A DNA stretch of 64,000 nucleotides, from assembly GCA_038320345.1 (NCBI GenBank), contig JBBQED010000009.1, positions 64,190-128,189 on the forward strand, in the 5' to 3' direction. Positions 52,057 through 61,858 of the stretch are shown piece by piece. Origin of the DNA: Bacteroidia bacterium (GTDB taxonomy: Bacteria; Bacteroidota; Bacteroidia; AKYH767-A; OLB10). The translations under genes and the position numbers were made by a program. Each line of letters opens with the position of its first letter. Positions within the stretch are counted from its first letter, which is position 1. A model generated the notes under the pieces. It searched no databases and was not told the DNA's origin. It saw nothing but the letters and a program-made list of their open reading frames with translations.

Positions 52057-54234
52057 TTATGCAGGCACTTTTCTTATCTTTTCGCGGTCCCAAAAACGAT
52101 GTTGTGCAATTGCCATGATAAAATCTTTTGCCGGTTTATCGATTATAATTCCAGATTCGACAGCTGTTTTAGTATCCACGCTATTTTTTTTGTGCGGTAA
52201 GTGGTTTTGACCAGCAAACGTCATATTTAAAAAATTTACGCCATCACCATTTGCAGCTATTGCTTTACAATGTTTATAAGCTTCATTTACAAAATGTATA
52301 GCATCTGGTTCGGCACTTAATGCGCTTGCACTTTTAGTTCCCGCCGGAATAAATACTGCATCATACAGAACGGAAGCTGTAGTTAAAAAACTTGCGTCTA
52401 CTTTAATTTCCTTTCCCGTTGCACTTTTTACACTTCCAAGTTTCGGGGCTATGATTTTTGTGTTGGCGCCTTCTTCTAGCAAAGCATTATTCATTGAAGA
52501 AAGTGATTTTTCATCTACTCCATTCCCAACAAGAATTGCTATATTTCTAGTCTTAATGGTATTTTTTATTGAATTAGCCATGCTCAAAGCCTCTGACTTA
52601 CTAATGCTTTGCTTCATTTTAATAGGTTCAAACTTTTTTTGAACACCATCTGCAGGAACACTGTGATTAATGGGATAAAAAGGTTCTTTAGGAATCGGCA
52701 TTCCCAAACCATCTGCAACTTTAGCCACTAAGTTCTTATCAATTTGTGTAAGTATGCCTAACATTCTTTCACGAATTTCCAAGCGCTCTACTTTTCCCAA
52801 TTCAAAAGTGAGCGCATCAATGATATGCGTTTGTTCATACTCTGTCTGGCTCTGAAAAAATAATGTAGCCTGGCTAAAATGATCAAAGAAACTTCGGCTC
52901 CGTTCGCGAATTTTCTTAGCATCTATTCGCTCCGTATAACTTGTGAATCCACCTTCGGCGGCTTTAGCCTGAAAAGGGCATCCATTACTAATTGTATTGG
53001 GTTGATAGCTCGTTTTATCACTATTAATAGTTTGACGCATATGACCATCTCGTTGATTATTCATCACGGGTACAATCGGACGATTAATCGGGATTTCATG
53101 AAAATTTGGGCTACCTAATCTAGATAGTTGAGTGTCTGTATAGGAAAACAAGCGTCCTTGTAACAAAGGATCATTGGTAAAATCAATTCCAGGAACTAGA
53201 TGTCCAGGATGAAATGCTACTTGCTCTGTTTCAGCAAAAAAATTGGAAGGATTTCGATTTAACGTCATTTTACCAATACGCTGTACGGGTATAATCTCTT
53301 CTGGAATTAATTTTGTGGGATCGAGTAAATCAAAATCAAATTTGTGTTCATCTTTTTCAGGAATGATTTGCACACCTAATTCCCATTCTGGAAACGCTCC
53401 GCTTTCGATAGCTTCCCACAAATCTCGCCGATGAAAGTCAGGGTCTTTCCCTGAAATATTCAATGCTTCATTCCATGCCACAGCATGAATTCCTAATAAA
53501 GGCTTCCAATGAAACTTAACGAAATGAGAAATCCCTTTTTCATTGATCAAACGAAATGTATGTACACCAAATCCTTCCATCATCCGCAGACTCCGAGGAA
53601 TGGCACGGTCACTCATCACCCACATAATCATATGAGCACTTTCTGGCATGAGTGAGATAAAATCCCAAAATGTATCATGTGCGGAAGCCGCTTGAGGAAT
53701 TTCATTATGAGGTTCCGGTTTAACTGCATGGATTAAATCAGGAAACTTAATAGCATCTTGAATAAAAAATACTGGCATATTGTTCCCTACTAAATCGTAA
53801 TTACCTTCCTCCGTATAAAACTTTACTGAAAATCCTCGAACATCCCTTGCCAAATCGGTGGAACCTCTTGAACCTGCAACAGTAGAAAAACGCACAAAAA
53901 CTGGTGTGGGTTTAGAAACATCGTTCAAAAATTTGGCCTTTGTATACTGTGCAATGGGTTTATAAAGTTCAAATATTCCATGAGCCGCAGATCCGCGAGC
54001 GTGAACTATCCTTTCTGGAATTCTTTCGTGGTCGAAATGTGTAATTTTCTCACGCAAAATAAAATCTTCCAAAAGAGTTGCCCCTCGCTCACCGGACTTT
54101 AATGAATTTTGGTTATCATTAATTAACAAGCCTTGATTAGTGGAGAGTAATTGCTCATCACCATTTTGTGTATTCTTTTGCAAGTCCTCTGTTTTCGGAT
54201 TTACAGATGATTTTGAACTTTTCTTTTTAGCCAT
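52057..54234 (-). CDS. katE: large-subunit catalase (HPII-type) with a C-terminal DJ-1/PfpI-like domain
   Basis: FDHERIPERIVHARGSAAHGIFE, RLFSYTDTQ, and a length of about 725 aa. Confidence 0.9.
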   Translation of the reverse strand: MAKKKSSKSSVNPKTEDLQKNTQNGDEQLLSTNQGLLINDNQNSLKSGERGATLLEDFILREKITHFDHERIPERIVHARGSAAHGIFELYKPIAQYTKAKFLNDVSKPTPVFVRFSTVAGSRGSTDLARDVRGFSVKFYTEEGNYDLVGNNMPVFFIQDAIKFPDLIHAVKPEPHNEIPQAASAHDTFWDFISLMPESAHMIMWVMSDRAIPRSLRMMEGFGVHTFRLINEKGISHFVKFHWKPLLGIHAVAWNEALNISGKDPDFHRRDLWEAIESGAFPEWELGVQIIPEKDEHKFDFDLLDPTKLIPEEIIPVQRIGKMTLNRNPSNFFAETEQVAFHPGHLVPGIDFTNDPLLQGRLFSYTDTQLSRLGSPNFHEIPINRPIVPVMNNQRDGHMRQTINSDKTSYQPNTISNGCPFQAKAAEGGFTSYTERIDAKKIRERSRSFFDHFSQATLFFQSQTEYEQTHIIDALTFELGKVERLEIRERMLGILTQIDKNLVAKVADGLGMPIPKEPFYPINHSVPADGVQKKFEPIKMKQSISKSEALSMANSIKNTIKTRNIAILVGNGVDEKSLSSMNNALLEEGANTKIIAPKLGSVKSATGKEIKVDASFLTTASVLYDAVFIPAGTKSASALSAEPDAIHFVNEAYKHCKAIAANGDGVNFLNMTFAGQNHLPHKKNSVDTKTAVESGIIIDKPAKDFIMAIAQHRFWDREKIRKVPA

Positions 54235-54450
54235 AGGTTAGGTAGAACTAGATAAGAAGTAAATATTTTTTATTGACTTTTGAGATCTAATATGAATGAT
54301 TGAAACAAACGTAATGCTCACTAAATTCTCATTGTGCAAAATCTTAAAAAAAGAAAATCAATACCGACGTAAAAACATAAAGGAAATGACCATCAGTTTA
54401 AGCATGCGAACTTTGCGAGAATTCTAAAGACCCAACATCGTTTAGAAAAT

Positions 54451-54738
54451 TTAGACTTTATGGCCTACCAAATTTTGTATATCATTTTTAGATTTTTCAA
54501 CTTTCTCTTTTCCTTTTTCAAGCAAATTTTCTGCTTCACTTTTTACATATTCAAATTCGTTCGTTGCAGATAAAAGAACATCTTCGATTTTATTTGTAAA
54601 ATCATGAAAATAGTCTTCTCCAACTTGCTTAATTTTTTTACGAGTGTTCACACCTTTATCAGGCGCAAATAAAACAGCTATCACTGCGCCAAGTGAAGCG
54701 CCAGCAACAAGTCCGACAATAATTTTTCCAGTGCTCAT
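54451..54738 (-). CDS. YtxH domain-containing protein (second paralogue)
   Basis: GLVAGASLGAVIAVLFAPDKGVNTRKK. Confidence 0.65.
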   Translation of the reverse strand: MSTGKIIVGLVAGASLGAVIAVLFAPDKGVNTRKKIKQVGEDYFHDFTNKIEDVLLSATNEFEYVKSEAENLLEKGKEKVEKSKNDIQNLVGHKV

Positions 54739-54756
54739 ATTTTAATTTTTTTGAAA

Positions 54757-55059
54757 TTATTTTGATTCCTCTTGTTTCACTATCTTATTGTAAACACCCA
54801 TAATAAGAATAGGTGCCACCCATTGACCAACGAAAGACGCATCCTTACTACGACCCATAATTTTTAAGGTAAGCGAAAACGCTAAAGCTCCTAAAGCAGT
54901 AAATAAAAAGGCATCTGAAGGAATATTTTTCGTGCGTGATTCGATCATTTTAGTAGTAGCATCTTCCTTGGTAGTGGAATCCACCTTATTAGATGATTGC
55001 ATTTTAGATGAGTAATCACTTTTAGTAGATGCATCTACTTTTGTATATGAATTTTCCAT
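54757..55059 (-). CDS. hypothetical small membrane protein
   Basis: S/T/K-rich N-terminus followed by two TM helices. It sits 18 bp upstream of the YtxH gene. Confidence 0.35.
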   Translation of the reverse strand: MENSYTKVDASTKSDYSSKMQSSNKVDSTTKEDATTKMIESRTKNIPSDAFLFTALGALAFSLTLKIMGRSKDASFVGQWVAPILIMGVYNKIVKQEESK

Positions 55060-55167
55060 AATCGTTAGAATTCTTTAATAATTATAATTGAGAAATAAAA
55101 ATCTGTAATGAACAAAAAGAAAGGTGATTAAATCTTACGGGATTTAACCACCAAAATTTCAAATCAC

Positions 55168-55461
55168 TTACTTTGTGCGATTGGTATTGGAATTCGATTG
55201 ATTATTTGAAGATCCTTGGTTATTATTTTGCTGACCATGTTCCCCAATTGGGTTCTTTGTCCGAGATTGGTCACTATTGTTGTCTTCTGTTTCTTCCATA
55301 TTATTGGAATCCCCAATTTCCTCATCATCTTCAGCAGTAAAACCTCTTTCAGAAGGATTACCTTCTTTTTTTGGATTTTGTGAAAATTGATTGTCACTTT
55401 GATTTTGCTTTTGACCTGCAGATGAACCTTTTCCTTGTTGGTCATTTTGATTTTCTCTCAT
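55168..55461 (-). CDS. Q/N/S/G-rich hydrophilin (KGG-repeat-like stress protein)
   Basis: Highly hydrophilic and disordered: GKGSSAGQKQ...GEHGQQNNNQG. This frame is chosen over the overlapping 55164..55445 frame. Confidence 0.4.
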   Translation of the reverse strand: MRENQNDQQGKGSSAGQKQNQSDNQFSQNPKKEGNPSERGFTAEDDEEIGDSNNMEETEDNNSDQSRTKNPIGEHGQQNNNQGSSNNQSNSNTNRTK

Positions 55462-55512
55462 GATTTTTTTGTTTTAAACTGTTTGAATCATTAATTATTT
55501 TTCACAAAAAAA

Positions 55513-56145
55513 TTATTTTCTTTTCGTTTTAGTCGGAGTTTCAGGAGTTTCTTCTTCCTCTTCATCTTCTTCCTCCTCATCATCCTGAGATGCAGCCTCT
55601 TCATTGATTATATCTGAAAGTTCTGACAATTTCACATCCGCCTCTTTTTCTTCGTTTAATATTTCTTCTAATAATGAAGCTGCTTCGTCTTCTCCTAACG
55701 TTCGAGCGAAGGAACAAAGAGTTCCATATGAAGCAATTTCATAATGTTCCACTTTTTGCCCTGCGGAGATAATACCAGCATCTCTTACAGCTCCAGATTC
55801 TGTTGACTCCATAATTTCTTCTGCTTCTTTAATAAGGCCTTCCATAGCCTCACACTTTTTTGCTTGAGCTTTTTGTCCAATCGCTTCAAAAACTTGTTCA
55901 ACTCTTTTTACTTGTTGAAGAGTTTGTTCTAAATGACTTTCTAGTGCTTCAACAAGATCTTCCGAAGTTGAATTTTTAATCATTTTCGGGATTGCTTTTG
56001 TCAATGCTTTTTCAGCCCAATAGATATCCTTTAATTCATCAACAAATAAAGCTCTCAATCCATTTGCTGCAGTTGATTTTGCTTTAACTCCCTTTGGTGT
56101 TTGTTGGCTTTTGCCATTTTGTCCGACTTTAGATTTTTTTTCCAT
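55513..56145 (-). CDS. DUF892 (YciE/YciF-like) ferritin-like protein with an acidic tail
   Basis: LFVDELKDIYWAEKAL...EHYEIASYGTL. Confidence 0.7.
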   Translation of the reverse strand: MEKKSKVGQNGKSQQTPKGVKAKSTAANGLRALFVDELKDIYWAEKALTKAIPKMIKNSTSEDLVEALESHLEQTLQQVKRVEQVFEAIGQKAQAKKCEAMEGLIKEAEEIMESTESGAVRDAGIISAGQKVEHYEIASYGTLCSFARTLGEDEAASLLEEILNEEKEADVKLSELSDIINEEAASQDDEEEEDEEEEETPETPTKTKRK

Positions 56146-56467
56146 GAGGAATATAGTTTAAAATTGTTTTTGCTTTACTATAAATAAAATAATATGCCAA
56201 GTAAAGTATCTATTTAATTATACTAAAACTTGTAAAAAAATAGAGTTTTGCCAGATTAACAAATATGTTTTGTGGAAAATATTACACTAAATACCGGCAT
56301 TGGAAACAAACGGGAAATATCAGGGATTAATTAAAACGACCACTTCCTTAATATTTACATTAACAGCTTCTAAATCGTGAAAATAATAGGCAATTTTTTC
56401 TATGTGTAAACGATGACCACTATGCTTAAATTAGAATAATATTGATATAAAATAATTTTAAAGCAAG

Positions 56468-56506
56468 AAACGCGGCAAACAAATTTTTAAACTTGTTGCC
56501 GCGTTT
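56468..56506 (-). terminator. hairpin terminator downstream of the 56562..57116 gene
   Basis: AAACGCGGCAAACAA...TTGTTGCCGCGTTT. Confidence 0.45.
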
Positions 56507-56561
56507 ATAGGTATCAATAGTCCAAACAAATTAACTACTGACTATCCTTACGAAATTAATT

Positions 56562-57116
56562 TTAATAATGTACGTGTTCTGCATTTTTCGAATTCCATTC
56601 AGATTCAAAATATTTTGCATCTTCTTCGTTACGGGGATGTACACCCATTACTATTTTACCATCTTTTACTCCTGTTTCATACAAACGAGCACGTTCCTCT
56701 GGAATGCCTGAACCAACTAATGCTCCAATTAGGCCACCTGTAACACCCCCAGCGCCGGCACCTGCTAATCCAGCTGCTATTGGGCCAGCAATCACTAATC
56801 CTAATCCAGGTATCACCAGACTAGTTCCTATGGCAGCGATAATTCCCACTGCTGCACCAACTGCTCCACCAATCGCGGAACCTGTTCCTGCACCTTCCAT
56901 AGCTTTAGTACCTATTTCAGTATCGCCTTTTGAAAAATGCTTCTTTCTCGTTTCATCTGACATCACCAAGTTAATATCATCTTTGGTGTAGCCTCTTTTA
57001 TGAAGAGTATCGTAAGCATTTTCCGTGCTTTCACGATCAGCAAACATACCAGTTAGCATTTTATCATGCTCTTTAGTCATGTCGGTATGCATTTGGGATT
57101 GATTTTCTTTGTTCAT
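56562..57116 (-). CDS. glycine-zipper membrane protein (general-stress type)
   Basis: Long GxxxG/A zipper: GSAIGGAVGAAVGIIAAIG...GLAGAGAGGVTGGLIGALVGSG. Confidence 0.45.
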   Translation of the reverse strand: MNKENQSQMHTDMTKEHDKMLTGMFADRESTENAYDTLHKRGYTKDDINLVMSDETRKKHFSKGDTEIGTKAMEGAGTGSAIGGAVGAAVGIIAAIGTSLVIPGLGLVIAGPIAAGLAGAGAGGVTGGLIGALVGSGIPEERARLYETGVKDGKIVMGVHPRNEEDAKYFESEWNSKNAEHVHY

Positions 57117-57906
57117 TTTATTTTTGTTTTAAACTATTTGAGTACTACATTAAAAATTGGAATATGAATTAGTTCTTATTCAGTAGTGTGGTAATTCGAC
57201 GGAAAAAATTTATCAAGTACAAAGTTTTCTTTAATTGCAAAATTTACAATTTAAATTATTACATCTAAATTTTCATGCCCTCAAATATGGCATCAGGTAT
57301 TTCAATTCAACTCTATTCATAAGAGACCCTAGATTCTACCCATCAAATAACCGCAAATTCTATTGTGAAGAACAATTATAGATTGCGAATGCCTTCTATA
57401 TCTATTACTAGTGATAATTGTTGATGCTTCTAGAACCTTTCTAATATATGGGGTACTTTTAAAAAATATGCCTTTACTATACGCATGAAATTGCGGAAAT
57501 ATTTATACAGTTTTTAAAAAACAGTTGACATAAATCTATATAAGTGGGGAAAAACCCGTACAAAAATTGCTCTTGAGGAACTATAAATTGAGCCTTTAAG
57601 CTCCGCTTTTCAAGAATTGTTTGGATTTGGATTAACTATCGAATGATCAAAAAAATTAAAATCAGTAGGTTACTCATACAGAATCCCATCGGAATAATTT
57701 CAGATCATCAATCTAGAAGTGATCAAGTATTTTAAGTCTAATAAATATTCGAAATAATCAGCAATGAAATTTCAAGGGAATCAGTAAAATTTTGTCAGGT
57801 TTTAACATAAGGAATCTTAAATAGGGATATAATCAGTTTATGTTTTATTTACACTTTCAACTGACTCCTTACCGAATATATTTTGCGAGTTAGTTACTTA
57901 CTTAAT

Positions 57907-60900
57907 CTACGATTTTTTATCGGATTTTGGAATATACATAGTGAATGTTGCACCTTGACCGAGTACGGAATCCGCAATTATAAAACCGTTGTGATTACTC
58001 AGAATCTTTTTGCAAATAGCCAACCCTATTCCAGTCCCTGAATATTCATTCTTACCATGCAGCCTTTGAAAAAGTTGAAATATTTTGGAAGAGTATTCCT
58101 TTTCAAAACCGATTCCATTATCAGCCACTTTTATGATGTGATAATTTAAAGTGCTATTAGCAAAAGGATGATCAATCAATTCCCCTTCTATAAGCGAATA
58201 AGTAATGACAATATGAGGTTTAACTCCATTTGTATTGTACTTTAAAGAATTGTCAAGTAAATTGGTCATGAGTTGCGTAAGTTGCACCATAATTCCATCT
58301 AAAATCGGAAGTGTATCAGAGTCAATCCTTGCTTGTTTTTCTTCGATAATTTCATGTAAGTTAATTTTTACTTCTTCAAGAATAATATTTAGATCGCAAG
58401 CTTCAAATATTAGATCAGAGGTATTAGTTCTTGAAAAATCAAGTAAGGAATTAATAAGTCTTTGCATCCTTTCACTAGCAGAAATAATTCGCATGAAATA
58501 ATCTTGGGTTTTCTCTTGAAATCTATCTGTTTCAAGAATCCGTTTGCTGAATACTTGTATCTTTCTTAAAGGTTCTTTTAGATCATGACTAGCGACATAG
58601 CTAAATGATGCCAGTTCGGCATTTATATTTTCAAGTTCCACATTTTTTGTTTGGAGTTCCTCAGTACGTTCTTTTACTTTTTTCCCCAATTCTTCAGCAA
58701 AGTTTCTCTGTTCCGTGATATCGGTATTTGTACCAATCCATCTTTCAACAATACCATTAACATCTTTTACGGGATAAGCACGGGTCAGAAACCATCGATA
58801 TTCCCCATCATGCCTGCGAAGAGGAAAAGTTAGCTCAAATGGTTCGCCCTTTTGCCATAAATCAATAGAGATCTCTACAATATTTTTAACATGATCGGGA
58901 TGATGTACTTTTTGCCATCCGAAGCCTTCCATTTCTGCAAAGGTTGTACCTGTATATTCGTACCATTGCTGGTTATACCAATTTATCCATCCATCAGCAT
59001 TAGCAATCCAAGCAAGGTTTTGAATACTATCTGCAAACAAGCGAAATTGTGTTTCATTTTCTTGAACTTTTTCTTCAGCGAGTTTACGTTTAGTAATATC
59101 TGTAAAAAGCACGGCAACTTTATTATCCTTATCATCTTCTAATCTGAAAGCATACACTTCAAACCAGCGGTTTAATTCTTTACTTTGCTCAACAAAATGA
59201 TTTGCTATACCCGTTGAAGCGACTTTTCCATAAATCTGAAACCATCGGTCGCTCAGGTTCGGAACTAATTCTCGCATGGTTTTCCCAACAGGATTAGACG
59301 TACCTGAATGCTTCTCGAACATAGGATTAGCTTCCAAAAAAAGATAATCTACAGGCTGATTTTCATTATCGAAAATCATTTTGATTATACAAAAGCCCTG
59401 TTCCATAGTTTCAAATAAACCCCTATACTTTAATTCACTGGCTTTTAATTTTATTTCTGCCTCTTTCTGTTCAGTAATATCAATACTAATACCTGTAAGT
59501 GTCTCGGCCTCCCCTTTCTCATTATAATGAAACTTCCCAACAGAGTGAATATATCGTTGAGCACCGTCGTTAGCTCTTGTAATGCTATAGTTCACGTCAT
59601 AAACTGTGTAGTTAACTCTAGATTCGTCTAACTTCTTGAAAATATTTTGTTTATCCTCTTGTAAAATTAGAGTATGCCAGTCTTCAAAGATCAGGTTTAA
59701 ACGATGTTCATCATATCCCCACATTTTTTTATGCAAAGCACTCCACACTAATTCTTCCTTACGAATATTAAAAGACCAAGTACCAACATTCGCTGAATCA
59801 GTAGCAAGTTTTAAATAAGATGCCATTTGGCGAATTGCAAATTCACTTTCTTCAATTTTTTTTCTTGCATTTATTTGTTCAGTTACATCATATGCAAATA
59901 CAAAAATACCTTCAGTTTCACCTTTTTCATTATCAAAGGATTGATAAGTAAAATTCATAAAAGTTGATTCCAATAAACCATTACCTTTATCTAACATCAC
60001 AGAAATCTCTTTTCCAATAAAAGGTTCGCCAGTCTTATATACATTATCAAGAAGGTCAACAAAACCTTGATCTGCTATTTCGGGTAATGCATCAAGCAGT
60101 GGTTTATCGATAATGTCACGGTTACCTACAAGCTCTAGATAAGCAGGATTCGCAAATTCAAATACATGATCAGGTCCTTTGAGGATAGCAAGCACAGCAG
60201 GCGCTTGAGTAAAAAAATTATGGAGCGACATCCGTTCCCTTTGTAAGCGCTTTTCATTTTTTTCAATTATTTTACGAGCATTCACCGTTTCTGTTACTTC
60301 ATAAGAAGTCACTATAATCCCCTCCACCTCGCCCTTTTCATCTCGCTTAGGTTCATAAACAAAGTCGAAATAAGCGTTTTCCAAAGTTCCATTACGATTC
60401 AGTAGTGTATTTATTTCTTTACCATTAAATTGAATCCCCGTATTATAAACTTCAGTAAGGAGTTTTTCATAGGTTTGAGCTTTTATTTCTGGAAATACAT
60501 CTAATAACGGCTTTTTTAAAACTTCAACTTCTTCTTTCCGCCAGAGTTCTAACTGTTTTCTATTTACTAGATCAATGATAAAATTTGGGCCGGAGATTAC
60601 TGACATCGCTACCGGTGCCTGCAATATTAAGTTTCGTAAATTTGCTTCACTTTCTTCAATCTTTCTTCTGGCAATTGCTTGCTCTGTAATATCCTGAAGT
60701 GTTCCATTGAATCGATAAGCAATTTTATTATTTCCAAACCAAGCCTTCCCTTTACCTCGAACAATAATTTCTTTATGAGAACTTGGATTGATGATACTAT
60801 ATTCCACATCGAAATGCCCACCTAATTCATATAGCAATGCATTTTGAATTCCTTTTGAAACGCGCTCTCTGTCTTTTACGGAAATCGCCTCTAAAGCCTT

Positions 60901-61560
60901 TGAAAGGTCGTTTTCAATTTCATCCTGTAAGCCAAACCACTCCTTAAGGCGGTGATTGCATGTAAATTTTTTTGTGATTGGATTAAAATCCCATGTCCCT
61001 AACTCCGCTGCTTCAATGGCGAAATTAAGTTGATCATTGCTTTCTGATATTTTTTTAAATGAATTAACCTTTTCTGTAGTTTCGATTACTGTAACCAGCA
61101 CTCCACCTACTTCACCATCTTCTAACCTGATAGGACTGTATGAGAAATCAAAAACACATTCTTCTAAATATCCATTCCTGTCTAATTGCAAAATAAAATC
61201 AGGAAAGCCAATTGATGTTCCCTGCATAACTCCTTCAAACATTGGTCCTATCGTAGGCCATATTTCCGCAAAAGTTTTTCGCGTGCTGATACCCAATGCC
61301 TGTGGATGCTTTGTTGCGCCAAGAATTGGACGGTAACCATCATTATACAATTGTATAAATTCACTACCCCAAGCTATATACATTCCAAATGGACTATCCA
61401 GCATAATACCCACTGCGATCCGCAAACTTTGTGGCCATGTATCAGGACTCCCAATCGCAGTTTTTGACCAATCCAATGAACGTATAAGCTCACCCATTTC
61501 CTTGCCGCCTGAGAGGAATTTCAAATAATTAGCTTCAGTTGTGTTTTTTGCAGAGTCCAT
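57907..61560 (-). CDS. multi-PAS/PAC sensor histidine kinase (no receiver domain), 1217 aa
   Basis: At least six PAS/PAC repeats, HisKA (ASHDLKEPLRKI) and HATPase (DNGIGF...GTGIGL). Confidence 0.8.
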   Translation of the reverse strand: MDSAKNTTEANYLKFLSGGKEMGELIRSLDWSKTAIGSPDTWPQSLRIAVGIMLDSPFGMYIAWGSEFIQLYNDGYRPILGATKHPQALGISTRKTFAEIWPTIGPMFEGVMQGTSIGFPDFILQLDRNGYLEECVFDFSYSPIRLEDGEVGGVLVTVIETTEKVNSFKKISESNDQLNFAIEAAELGTWDFNPITKKFTCNHRLKEWFGLQDEIENDLSKALEAISVKDRERVSKGIQNALLYELGGHFDVEYSIINPSSHKEIIVRGKGKAWFGNNKIAYRFNGTLQDITEQAIARRKIEESEANLRNLILQAPVAMSVISGPNFIIDLVNRKQLELWRKEEVEVLKKPLLDVFPEIKAQTYEKLLTEVYNTGIQFNGKEINTLLNRNGTLENAYFDFVYEPKRDEKGEVEGIIVTSYEVTETVNARKIIEKNEKRLQRERMSLHNFFTQAPAVLAILKGPDHVFEFANPAYLELVGNRDIIDKPLLDALPEIADQGFVDLLDNVYKTGEPFIGKEISVMLDKGNGLLESTFMNFTYQSFDNEKGETEGIFVFAYDVTEQINARKKIEESEFAIRQMASYLKLATDSANVGTWSFNIRKEELVWSALHKKMWGYDEHRLNLIFEDWHTLILQEDKQNIFKKLDESRVNYTVYDVNYSITRANDGAQRYIHSVGKFHYNEKGEAETLTGISIDITEQKEAEIKLKASELKYRGLFETMEQGFCIIKMIFDNENQPVDYLFLEANPMFEKHSGTSNPVGKTMRELVPNLSDRWFQIYGKVASTGIANHFVEQSKELNRWFEVYAFRLEDDKDNKVAVLFTDITKRKLAEEKVQENETQFRLFADSIQNLAWIANADGWINWYNQQWYEYTGTTFAEMEGFGWQKVHHPDHVKNIVEISIDLWQKGEPFELTFPLRRHDGEYRWFLTRAYPVKDVNGIVERWIGTNTDITEQRNFAEELGKKVKERTEELQTKNVELENINAELASFSYVASHDLKEPLRKIQVFSKRILETDRFQEKTQDYFMRIISASERMQRLINSLLDFSRTNTSDLIFEACDLNIILEEVKINLHEIIEEKQARIDSDTLPILDGIMVQLTQLMTNLLDNSLKYNTNGVKPHIVITYSLIEGELIDHPFANSTLNYHIIKVADNGIGFEKEYSSKIFQLFQRLHGKNEYSGTGIGLAICKKILSNHNGFIIADSVLGQGATFTMYIPKSDKKS

Positions 61561-61858
61561 GATCCTTACAATAGAATAAAAAATTATCAGTTGGCTTAAA
61601 ATACAATATATTAAGCTTCATCTCATTGATTTTCAAATTATTGAACTTTTTTAATTTTAAGTGAAGCTCCAAATTAAATAGAAGTCCTAATGTAGGCAAA
61701 AAGCAAACTTCTTCTTTTCAAAAATTAGTAAAATTCAAATAAAATTTTTCAGTATCGTTCAATCCTATTTAAAAATACAAATTCAAAAATATTTTTTTGA
61801 TGCAAATTTGATAGTAAATAACGCTAAGAATTAAAGTTGATATTAATAAAAAAATCAA

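Noticed and set aside
55164-55445. Alternative reading frame overlapping the hydrophilin gene
   Set aside because: The K/I-rich translation is typical of out-of-frame AT-rich sequence. The other frame encodes a coherent hydrophilic stress-protein-like product.
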